Origin: Ascidiella aspersa
Lineage: Eukaryota
Reading direction: 5' to 3'
DNA length: 64,000 nucleotides
Assembly (NCBI GenBank): GCA_963924565.1
Contig: OZ004609.1
Location: forward strand, 32,984,001-33,048,000
Part shown: positions 52,901-64,000 of the stretch, piece by piece
Position numbering within the stretch: position 1 is the stretch's first letter
How the letters are laid out: every line of letters starts with the position of its first letter
Translations under genes and position numbers: made by a program
Notes under the pieces: generated by a model
Told to the model about the DNA's origin: nothing
Database searches by the model: none
Seen by the model: only the letters and a program-made list of their open reading frames with translations

Positions 52901-53211
52901 ACTTGTAGGTATGCAGTCTACTGTATTCTCGATTAATATGTTCTTACCGGTGACGTGTGTAAATTACGTCAATAAAAAAAATCCAATTCCATCTGGGTTT
53001 TTTTACCCGATACGACAACCTAATTGTAAGCGAATTCTGTGAGATTAACGGCAAACTTACTCGCTGTGATTTTAAAGATTCAGGTGAAGCCGTTACAATA
53101 GCTTCGATGGAGACAACGGCTGACGGCTCCGGCTCTCCTGGCAATTCGCCTTACGTTGCTACGCTATTCGTGTCCATTGCCATATCTTTCGTGTGCCAAC
53201 TTTCGTGTTGA
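31931..53211 (+). CDS. Gene B: otoancorin/mesothelin-like secreted GPI-anchored protein (~30 exons, roughly 1250 aa)
   Basis: ATG at 31931. The first two coding exons splice to the signal peptide MTISGLSSYLIVLGFLLGWMTVTSA. Exon 33269-33316 encodes NPRIKRNLKDINIKIF, then exons are collinear with gene A module 2. Last exon 53078-53211 ends ...SPGNSPYVATLFVSIAISFVCQLSC*. AATAAA at 53329-53334. Confidence 0.8.
32248..32450. mobile_element. Foldback MITE with ~45-bp inverted ends
   Basis: cggg...taatttacgggatgatgaatggtcggaacactcac vs gtgagcgttctgaccattcatcattccgtaaatta...cccg. Confidence 0.65.
38061..38132. mobile_element. Miniature (72-bp) hAT MITE
   Basis: TIR cagtggttcttaa / ttaagaaccattg; TSD tcatagaa / tcattgaa. 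Confidence 0.75.
39099..40096. mobile_element. hAT-derived non-autonomous element with degraded right end
   Basis: Left TIR cagtggttcttaacc, subterminal gtggcccc repeats at both ends, internal tandem duplication near 40018-40065. Confidence 0.5.
40093..40257. repeat. pLTR-like family fragment joined to an oppositely oriented piece ending in aactgatg
   Basis: 40093-40136 matches the 12972 and 19230 copies; the 3' part ends gtgtatataaacaggtgtaactgatg, like the hammerhead entry at 13058-13067. Confidence 0.55.
42149..42222 (-). repeat. tRNA-derived repeat (SINE-like or tRNA pseudogene)
   Basis: Minus strand GCCTGCA-TAGCTCAGTTGGTAGAGC...GTGAG-TTCGAAC-CTCAC-TGCAGGC: perfect acceptor stem, A and B boxes. 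The anticodon loop CCGGCTT lacks U33. A diverged copy lies at ~49923-50095. Confidence 0.75.
44062..44400. mobile_element. hAT-like MITE (TAGAG-type ends)
   Basis: tagatagaccgatat / atatcggtcggtctcta with subterminal tatcgg motifs; no clear TSD. Confidence 0.5.
46921..47974. mobile_element. hAT MITE hosting a nested insertion
   Basis: TIR ctggggtcggcaac / gttgccgacccctg; perfect TSD ttttatag (46913-46920, 47975-47982). Confidence 0.9.
46952..47728. mobile_element. Nested Ac-like hAT MITE
   Basis: Perfect 21-bp TIR tagggatgttcaaagtagaat / attctactttgaacatcccta; perfect TSD gtcgcggg (46944-46951, 47729-47736). Confidence 0.9.
49923..50095 (-). repeat. Second, diverged copy of the tRNA-derived repeat
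   Basis: Aligns with 42120-42285 including both flanks of the tRNA-like part. Confidence 0.7.
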
Positions 53212-53533
53212 ACGCAATGACTCGTATTTGTTGTACGTGATAACCTATTCGCATTTATTTTAAGGTTTGTAGCAAAAAATTAGCTGTGCGTGAAAATATT
53301 GCATTATTTTTGCCACTCCTGAAAAAGTAATAAAGTGTGCCGCAATTTTTAGCTTTGCGTGTTTCAATTATTACCAATAGAAAGGCAATGACATTTCAAA
53401 TTTGATTTTGTGGTTGTTTTAGTTAATATATTATAATCCTAGTTGCTCTAACACTATAAGCTTATTTATTTTAAAAATATTAGCGTTTTACTAATTAGTA
53501 CTAAAAGTTTAATATTTTATGTAGGCCTTTAGT

Positions 53534-56500
53534 CATAGAATACTAATTACATAGAAGGCTCACTGGGTCTCGTCACGCATGAGTAACACTGACACGATTT
53601 GTTAAAAAAACTTGTTTCGGCGGCAATTTTAGGTAGAGTATTTATGTCGTTTGTTAATCTCCGTATTATTTTGCGCGTTTTCGCATATTTTATTTTGTTA
53701 GTTTGACAAATTTAGCATGTCAAGTACGGTATCGAACTGACAATTAAGGTAATAGCCGAACCGCTTAACGTTCCCCAAGAAGTGGAATTACAACCACTAA
53801 TCAAGCCAACACCAGAAGCAACCATCAGTTTTGTATCTCGTGTTCTTCCTAGAGACATTCAGCTTTTCCCTCTTGGCTTCAAAGTGATAACAGATTGGTT
53901 GCAATTATTTTTAAGAAAAAATCAACCAAGTTGTGTAATATCACAATATCTGAAATACTGCTGTAATGCTGATAAGTTATTTTTAAATTTATCACAATTG
54001 GAAGCTGCAAAGCAACCTATACATTTAGTCAATGAAATCGTCAAAAACAAAGAAGATACAGTTTTACAATCCTATTCTATAAATAAAGATGAAAGTGAAA
54101 TATTAGTGTATGTTGCTGGATACTGTATTCACAAGTAATCTTTGTATATGGCCGTATTTGTCTAATTCTAAATAGAGAAATCAGGTGGCACTGAATAAAG
54201 ACAAATTGTATTTGATTCTCGACAAGCTTTCGCACAACCGTGCTTCATCAGGTCAAAGTATAAATAAAAACAATTAAAATGCACGTAAAAGCACAGGCGC
54301 AAGTAAAAGGCGATAAGAATGGTGACGTCTAAAATATCCACAGGCACATGCTCGCAAAAGCGTGTTACTGACGCAAAAACAATCATACTACGATGCCTGC
54401 GCTTCAAGGTACGATGGGTGTAGTACCGCCTGCTATGAGGTGTAGTGTGACATAAAGCCCAAATCCCGATTGAGCCCGACATTAAATGCATCGAACTTTT
54501 TAATTATGTTTTGTTGGACTGTGAGCCTCGCTTGGGTGCCGTTACTTACTTTTTTGATCACCGAAACTCTAGGTCTTTTACACTGTGTGATCCTTGGTTA
54601 AAATGTTCGCCAACAGGTTTCTCCATATGTCCATGCCTTATGTCACTTTTATGTCCGTTCATGCGCTCTCTGATTGTTTGTCCAGATTCTCCAATGTAGA
54701 TGGTTCGGGGACATTTTACGCATGTGATTGCGTACACCGCATTGGTGGTATCGCAGTTATAATTACCGCCGACTTCAACGCTGCTGCCGTTCGGTACTTC
54801 AATGATGTGACTTCTATTGATATGTGAGCACAGTTCACAACGACTTTTCCCGCAGGGCAGGGTACCAAAGTTTTGCTTTTCGTCTTTAAATTTGCAGGTG
54901 ACGACTATGTTGCGCGGTTGCCGATAACTTATAAGTGGCTTTAAAGGAAATATCGAAGCGGTTATTGGATTGTTATTCAGTATTGGCTGCAGGTCGGCGA
55001 TTATGCGGTTCAGGTGTTGGAGCCGCGGATTGTACGTTAGAACTATGGGGGTCCGGTTGTTGTCCTTCTTGGTTGTGGGCGTCAGGAGGTCTTCTCTATT
55101 GCTCATACTGGCTTTGGTGATCTGGCTTTGCACTAAGTTTTTTTTTATAATTTAAATTCTCAAACGTTGATGCAAGCTTTTTTAGTTGTGCTGCTCTGTC
55201 TTCGGTTTCGGAACAGATCCGGATGTATCGTAGTGCTTGACTGTAGACTATTGATCTGAAGATGTGTTTCGGATGGAAACTATCTGGATTTAGAAAGTTT
55301 CCACTGTCCGTTGGCTTGTGGTAGACCGTGGTCTGTATTAATCCACCTACAATTGACGCCGTTGTGTCTAGAAAGTTGACTTTGGTTGTTGAGTGTTCCA
55401 ACGTAAATTTCATGTTTTGATTTGCCGAGTTAAAATCGTTAAAGAACACCTGTAGTTGCTGCTCCCCGTATGTCTAAACTAAAAATATGTCATCGATATA
55501 TCTTAAATAGAGCCTTGGTCTTAGCTGGCAGCTACTAAGGAAAGCATCTTCCAATATTCACAAGGCCTTCAAAAAGTTCTAAGACTTGCATTCAATCATT
55601 CAAGTTTTACGTGCACCTGAAAATAAAAAAACATCAAATTCAGCCTTTCTTTTGAAGTTGGAAAAAGAAAATTGTCATCTAAAGATGCCTGCTGAATGGT
55701 GCTCATATTTTTTTAATTATATGTACGGTATTTTACTTTTAGCATAGAATGCAGCAAAAAGACTGATCAAATTAATTTTGATAAAGCAATAGTTGACATA
55801 CTTTCAAGCAACGGTGACTGTATTTATTGTTAAGCTGTTTATAAGGGTTTTGGGACACAGTTTTAGTAAAAGCTTTTTGAAAATGTTTTTAAAAAGGTAA
55901 ATAAGCAATCTGCAGGTTTAAGAAGAGATTAGCCAACAAAATAAGAAAGGGGCATGTAAAATGATATTACTAAACATTGAAAAAAGAAACAATGTAAATT
56001 TAAATCTTTATTATTACAGTTTATTTGCATATAAATGTTGTCTCAACTTGAAGTTGAAATCCTGTATTGTATTTATTTATGCCATATGTCTTGAGTGGTG
56101 TTTTCATCTTTGGTCTATTATTGGCATTTGTTAATTGGCTGTTAGGGATCATTTAAATAGTAAAATAGTTATATTATTTAATTTCAGCCCAGTAACAGCA
56201 ATTTATTACGTATTTTTTACATCATGTAATAAAAGAACACCAAATTATTATTCAATTTGCCCATTTTTTCTTTTTGGGAAGTGGATCTTCACAAAGGGTT
56301 GTCCAAGCATTTTTTATTCCATATGTTGTATTGCCGCCTTTAATTTTTTTATTACTTTTGTTTGTATGATATGCTGTACACCTTATGAGACCTGGTGAAT
56401 ATCCTGATTTCTTGCCAGGTAACCAAGTTGCCTCTAAATAAAACACAATTGGATATTTACTCAGAGGTGAATATACTTTTTAAGCTTGGTAACGATTCTA

Positions 56501-57748
56501 ATAAATAATAAATTACATCTTCAAGTATATTATTGCTATAGATATACTGTATATTCACAAATGCTGTGTGAAAAATTACTTTTCATTTCATCAAGAGTGA
56601 GAAATCCAATTAAATTTGAACTTGAAGTTGATGCTCGTTGAATTTCATTAAGACCCGGTTTTGGGGGCATAAAATTCCTATGAAAAGGTAATATTAGAAT
56701 ATACTTATAGAATAGCTTAGTTCTACCTCTTACCGGTAACGTTTGATGGTTGATGGTGATGGAAGAGTTAAAACATCTGATCCACGGATGTGATCATAAG
56801 CACACGGTGATCGACAATAAAACTCAATGCACCAACGAATCAAATCAGGGTGATAACGTCTTGCGTTTGGTGGAGCAGACATATTTTCCAATTGTTGTTT
56901 TAAAAACATTTTTTTCCATGGGTTCACATAAACCTATTAAGCATTAGATTATATTTGATGATGTTTATACTTCCACAAACATAGTATTTTTTTCACAGTT
57001 TCATTCTCATCATTGTCATCATCAAGGTAAATAGATTCACTGTTAATTTGGAAAATATTGCTACATTTCTGGCAGTGTGTCATCTCATCGCAAGCTAAAA
57101 TATGATTGACAGTGGTTGCACAAACATTATTTTAAAATACAAACCTTGTGAGTTGCTCTCTGTGTATTCTTTCTTCATTGCTGGTTGCCAAACATGGCTT
57201 ACCACTTACGCACAGTAAAGCAAGATACTTTGGGTAGGTTTTTTGACTTGGAGTTCCTGGTACTGGAGATGCAGCCCGGAAGACAGCAGTGACTTGGTGC
57301 CATTATTATATATATATTATTAAATTGTATCAAAACAACTGCTTAACCAAAATTGGATTCGTTACAGCACAGGTGTAGGAAAACGTCTTCCTGCGACGAC
57401 AGCGTATGCAATTTATACTAATGTTAATTTTATGTAAAAGCCTAATTGGCAATGAACTAAATGATGATAGAAGTGCCAGCAATAAGCAAGAAATTGCATA
57501 AGAATCGCAATTTAAAAACATTGGCCCGCAAGATAAAATAAACCTTGTTTTTGGTGTCCCGCGATGAAAAGAAGTTGGACCACCCTGCCTTAGACAAAAG
57601 AAGATGAAATTGTGGTAAGCGGTGTAAAAAAAAATTATTTCGCCGAAATGACAAGTAAAAAGGTTTATTGGCGACCGAAGTAAGTGTCATTCATGCGGAA
57701 CAGTATGCAAATGAAGCAGTGAGCCTTCTATGTAATTAGTATTCTATG
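53534..57748 (-). mobile_element. Decayed P-element/THAP9-superfamily DNA transposon
   Basis: Perfect 32-bp TIRs catagaatactaattacatagaaggctcactg (53534-53565; 57717-57748) and a near 7-bp TSD ctttagt / ccttagt. Minus-strand remnants include a THAP start MAPSHCCLPGC (ATG 57303) and RRYHPDLIRWCIEFYCRSPCAYDHIR...LPSPSTIKRY spliced to ...GFLTLDEMK. Confidence 0.85.
54558..55560 (-). pseudogene. Penelope-like retroelement fragment (RT C-terminus plus GIY-YIG endonuclease) inserted in the P element
   Basis: YLRYIDDIFLV* (RT motif with an in-frame stop), VNFLD and VYHKPTD motifs, a frameshift at the T run near 55138-55146, linker CGKSRCELCSH, and VYAITC..C...YIGESGQTIRERMNGH...EHF. Confidence 0.9.
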
Positions 57749-57764
57749 CCTTAGTTGCAATTTA

Positions 57765-57817
57765 GGGAAATCCCCGTACTGTTTTAGGGGAGACATTAAT
57801 GTCGACAAATGACGTCA
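57765..57817. promoter_or_regulatory. Putative TMEM267 proximal promoter motifs: NF-kB-like GGGAAATCCC and CRE TGACGTCA
   Basis: Exact consensus matches at 57765-57774 and 57810-57817, 130-180 bp upstream of the ATG; function untested. Confidence 0.3.
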
Positions 57818-57945
57818 TACATAACTACGTGTATTTTAGTTCAAGTCTTAAACATCTTAATATTACACCGGACTGTAATACAACAATACAGTCGATAAAC
57901 AACTACAAAGGAGTTCACCTTTAAAAGAAAGCTCAGGAAAGTTGT

Positions 57946-58987
57946 ATGTTGAACTTATTTCAGTATTCTTACAAACTCTTGTTTTGTCTCGCTGTTGCTT
58001 CCTTCGCTATTTTGAGTGAAAACTTTGTCAAAAGCCAGCAAGATGTCAGTTACGTGGTGAACGCTGTTTTGGATACTTCTGTACATTTCCTGATAGGTTT
58101 GTTGTTTTTTAAAAAAGTATTCTGTCTACGAAGAGGCATTTTTAAGCAAAACATTTGCAAGTTATTTTTTTTGGTAAAATATAATATGGTCAATATAATA
58201 TGGCCTATTAACTGACCGTTTTAAAGCATTGTATTTGGTTTAAACAATTTATTATTTCTTAAGGTTTTGGATGCTGGTTAATTGCAGCATTTGATGGAGT
58301 CAAGAATTCGTTGCTGCAAGCTTTGATGTGTGGAATAATTTCTAGCGCAATAGATGTTGATCACTTTCTTGCTGCACAAAGCTTTTCACTAAAGGTAACT
58401 TGCTTTTTTTAAGGTCTATGTTAGATTGAGTTTTTCGGCCTTCTGGACAAAATTTGCATTATATACCCCAGAAAATGGAAGCTTCCATGATTTACTCCTA
58501 TTTAAAAAAAATATCTTCTATTTTATGCAAAAAGTACAGCAATTAGTTCATTGCCAACTGTTATTTCTTTAAAGCTATTAGTGAACCTGTTTTGTTTTTA
58601 CAGAAAGCTATTTCCTTGCCTAATAGGCCAATTCTACACACTGTAATTGCTATTCCAATATTTGTGGGAATTTGTCTACTCATTTCCACCTGCGTAAAAT
58701 CCAAGTTGATTGCAAAATATTTTGACACCACTAACCAGTTTAACATCATCGAAAACCTGCACTTACTTTTACTTGTTGCTTGGTCATCGCATCAACTAAG
58801 AGATAGTTTGCGTAGAGGTTTGTGGCTGTGGCCATTTGGTTCACTCCCACCTACACCTTTTTGGCTTTATGTTACTTCAATTTCTATATTTCCTCTTTTT
58901 TTGCATATTTTACTGTTGAAGGGGTACACTGACAACCCAGATGATACCAGCAAACAATCTGAAAACGTTGAGTTGTTAGATGTGTAG
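57946..58987 (+). CDS. TMEM267: Transmembrane protein 267
   Basis: Exons 57946-58096, 58264-58394, 58604-58987; motifs SAIDVDHFLAA, RPILH, SHQLRDSLRRGLWLWPFG. Confidence 0.9.
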
Positions 58988-59430
58988 CTTGGCCACTGTC
59001 TTTTGTGTTTAATTGGTGGTGCTAAGGCTGATTTTTATTCAACAATTTGCACTGGTTGACGCTATACTATGTAAACTGTATAGTTCACTGTTTTATTTTC
59101 AAAAGTCTTTAACTGTACCAGTGTTACAAAATCACTCCTATTGTTGTTGGTTGCTCTACCTATCCTGTTTTTACTTTTCTTGTTATATTTTATTATTTGT
59201 CTTTATACTTTTTATTACAATGGAAGTTTTATTTTAAAACTGTAATAATTTACTAGTACCTTTTTCTGAAAAAATTATATTCTTTCGTTTCTAAATAATG
59301 CTTTTGTGTATGATGTCTTTGTTTAGGTAGCATGAATAAGATGCTTAACAAGTGTAATGCCATGTATAAATTTTTTTTTTATATACCAGAAAGTAAGGGA
59401 TGACTGTATATAGCTAGAACTGTGATAGGC

Positions 59431-60931
<1,501 letters not shown>

Positions 60932-61160
60932 TTTGAAGGTCTGTAACTAATAAATTCAATTTGCTGACATATATATGATATAGATGTTTTATATTGCTAC
61001 AAAAATAGCAGCCTTTAGCATTCAGGTTACAATTGGGAATAAAATAGCTAGCATCACATGATTTTGTTACATAAAAATATATATATATATATATAAAAAT
61101 AACAACATGATTGTTTTATATATTGTCATCAATTGCAGTCAATGGTGAGCACCAATTTAA

Positions 61161-61858
61161 TCAAACTGCTGATGTGGATCTGTAGTATGCAATACCAGCT
61201 GAAGAGCCAGCTGTAAGAAGAAGGCACCAAAGAGATAAACTATTGGGGCGCAGTTGGGACTGAAATCCATATGTTCTGCAAGACAAAAACAAGTTTAATT
61301 GTCTATAAATTTGCTGTTGCATGTTTTCACAAATATACTAGACTGGTCCACAAATATTCTAGACTATTGTTTATTAGTTAGTGTTATTTTTGAGTTTGGA
61401 CATGATTTGAGTAGCGTCAAAACTTGCCTAAAGTTGTTTTTGGGCGATGCCAGAATATTGCCTTGCGTTGAATCTTCAACATCAAACCAGTTGAAATAAA
61501 ACATTGTCCAGAGAAACAGGAGCATGCTTGTACCTGAAATGTATAATTTTAAAAAGTTGTTAGAAATAAACTATTCAACTTTCAAATTCTTTGCATTCGA
61601 ATTTGTGCATGTCTTCAGCATATATAAAAACTCGCCTGTTATGCAAGATGAAACAACTGGATTTAGGTTGTTTAGGTATTCCAATAGAAAATGGTTTCCC
61701 ATATCAAGTGGTGTGTTTGTTTGATGTTCGCCGAACCTTAGTTTAAATCCCCATTGCAACAAAGTTGCTGCAATTAGGCAACAAGCCACAGCCAGTGAAA
61801 ATGAAATGCGACTTCTTCTATTGTTTCTGTCTTGATCGGCTGACAGTTCGCTTTCCAT
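61161..61858 (-). CDS. ARL6IP6: ARL6IP6-like small membrane protein (147 aa)
   Basis: Exons 61858-61636, 61533-61428, 61275-61161 are in frame using two GC donors. SCITGTSMLLFLWTMFYFNWFD...SPKNNFR resembles the ARL6IP6 FSWTVTYFDSFEP...SPARF segment as recalled; it is followed by a C-terminal hydrophobic helix. Confidence 0.65.
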
Positions 61859-62916
61859 TTTGATTAGAGGACTTAAAACAAGACTCTTGATTAATAATTT
61901 TTACATAAAATAAAGCCTAATCCGAAATAATTATTAACACGCTGTACTACCTATGTTAATTTGTATTTAGAAATACCGTAGTTCACGGTTCGGCATAGCT
62001 ATCTAAATGAATATAGCATGGAAACTTTAGTTTAATCTAAGAAAATAGTGTCGTAGATGTATATTTTCATTTCGTGCCAACCATGTAACTTTCCGCACGA
62101 AAAATTGTGAACACACCTAACAAAAATTAATAAAATATCTCGATTTTTTAAACAAAGGTTAAGGCATAAAAATTCTATAATTGAGCTATTTATAATTGTC
62201 TGCATTCGAGCGTAACTTAATGGATCTCGTGCGAAACGTAATATTCTAATTTTATAAACATTTTAAAACAACAACTGACAAACTGTTTTTAATATTTTGC
62301 TTTTGAACTTTGTTTTTTTAAATGGCTTACGATTTAGGACTCTGTCGTACATCGTTGCCAAAATCCCCTTTTACCGTATTTTAGTGTTTAGAAAACTACT
62401 TGTGGCGCTGGTTTACAATTCTATCACATTTTAGTACGGTGGTTTCTAAATTGCTAATATTATTTGAGTTGTGGTACGAGTTAGTGTTCAGGTTTCGGTG
62501 GGTCAATAATTATTATATTTACTCCAACATTTATTTATTGCCATTTCAGTTTTGCCGACTCGTTTCATTAGTGTAAAACAAATAGATTATAATCTCTTTG
62601 GTGTAAAAAAAGTGGGAGGATTCGAGACAGTTTTTTTTTATTAAGGCGCAGCCCCAGGCCAAACTGTTAACTGAAGAATTTACATTTGAATTACATTGCT
62701 AAAAATAAAAAAAAATTGGAATCTTAGTAGTCAAAACCTGAATATATGTACATTGTACAACTACATTTATATGGCTTGTATGACAGAAATACACGACAAT
62801 TAAAACTACTAGTTTCAATAGTTATACATACCCAAGTTAGTGTTTGGTAATTTATTCAACTGTTTTTAGTAAAGCGATAAACCTCCCCTTTAAATGAAGA
62901 GGTGATCACAAACACA

Positions 62917-63729
62917 ATGCCACTAGGAAAAATATACCTACAGCTTGTGACTGGAAATGTAGGTGAGCCTGTATATCAAATAGAATGTGAAGGGAACTGG
63001 ACAATCAGCGATTTGAGACATATAGCAGAAACCAAATATCCTTGTGCAAGGGTAGGCATGGCATGTATTTTTAAGCATTTAATCTATTTTGTTTTAACGT
63101 ATGGCAAAACATGCTTATGTAAAAACTGTTTCAGAGTCTCTACAACATCCGGTATATGAATAATGGAGAACTATTGCCACCAGACACTCCTTTATCAGAT
63201 ATATATGAGGTAAGACAAGGATAGATAACATAAATCGGTATGTATAGAAGTTCAAACTACACAACCTTATAAGTGTAACCACATTATGTATCTCTTAAGC
63301 AAGTTATCGTTCTTAAACTTATATGTACAACCAGTAGATTATTTTTTTTTAATCATTGTTGTATACACTTGACTATTTTAAAGCAATTTGTGTTCATACC
63401 TGGGTTAGTAAATTGCCCACTTGAATTATGTAAAAGGTTTAGTTGTGGTTGGGTCCTAACCTAAAAAGTATTTTTCCATTTTTAAACACCCGGAATTCAG
63501 CTAAAAGTGTTATGAAATAATACAGGCGTCCAGTATAAAAAAATGGTTTACAAGTACAACGCTGGGCTTTAAGGGGCAAAGTAGTCCTAATTTGCAGTAA
63601 TGCTTTTTTCAGTTACTATAAAACTTAATCAGAAATTTGATGTTTAAAGATCAGAGATGAGCCTCACATTGAACTCATCAACGAAAAAGGTCCTTATACA
63701 CCGTCCTATCCAGACCCCCCACCTAATTT
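62917..63729 (+). CDS. Partial gene with an N-terminal ubiquitin-like domain (continues beyond the last recognised exon)
   Basis: Exons 62917-63051, 63135-63209, 63650-63729: MPLGKIYLQLV...WTISDLRHI...RYMNNGELLPPDTPLSDI...IELI, a beta-grasp-like pattern. Confidence 0.55.
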
Positions 63730-64000
63730 GTAAGTAATAAATTTAGAAATTTATAATAAAAATTTAGTTTTAACAGACACTAATTTATTATATCTTTTGA
63801 ATATTAATAATTTTTATTGCAAGATTTATATCTGTAAATAATCAAGTGCAACTTTTTATATGTTAATAAGAGTCATCTATTCTGAAAAACTGAATTTTCA
63901 TTGCTATCTGACAGCCAACTTTAAAACAGATCTCAATTCTTTTTCTGTGATGAATAGCAATAAAACCAATTGCTTCTTTTTTTGCAACAGTGTGCGCATA

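Noticed and set aside
31931-53211. Gene B as a haplotig or assembly duplicate of gene A
   Set aside because: Introns and transposon content are unrelated and many exons are strongly diverged, so it is a true paralog.
54168-54491. 107-aa minus-strand ORF inside the P element
   Set aside because: No recognisable motif; cannot be supported as coding.

Overview
AT-rich eukaryotic genomic DNA with many short spliceosomal introns, probably a marine invertebrate (an ascidian-like organisation is an inference). Most ORF-track entries are single exons or noise. About 53 kb is taken by two tandem + strand genes of the mesothelin/otoancorin/stereocilin-like family. Gene A (starts upstream of the window, ends at 30808) appears to encode two otoancorin-like modules in one frame, joined by a KIKR linker and ending in a GPI-type signal. 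Gene B (31931-53211) encodes only the second module, behind its own signal peptide and an RIKR site, and shows exon-restricted near-identity to A that suggests gene conversion. The introns hold many hAT-type MITEs (one nested pair), tRNA-derived repeats, and a family of Penelope-like pLTR fragments forming hairpins with hammerhead ribozyme cores. Downstream is a decayed THAP/P-element (53534-57748) containing a Penelope-like RT/GIY-YIG fragment, then TMEM267, METTL5, an ARL6IP6-like gene with two GC-AG introns, and the start of a ubiquitin-like-domain gene. All gene models were spliced by hand and family calls come from motif recall, not database searches.
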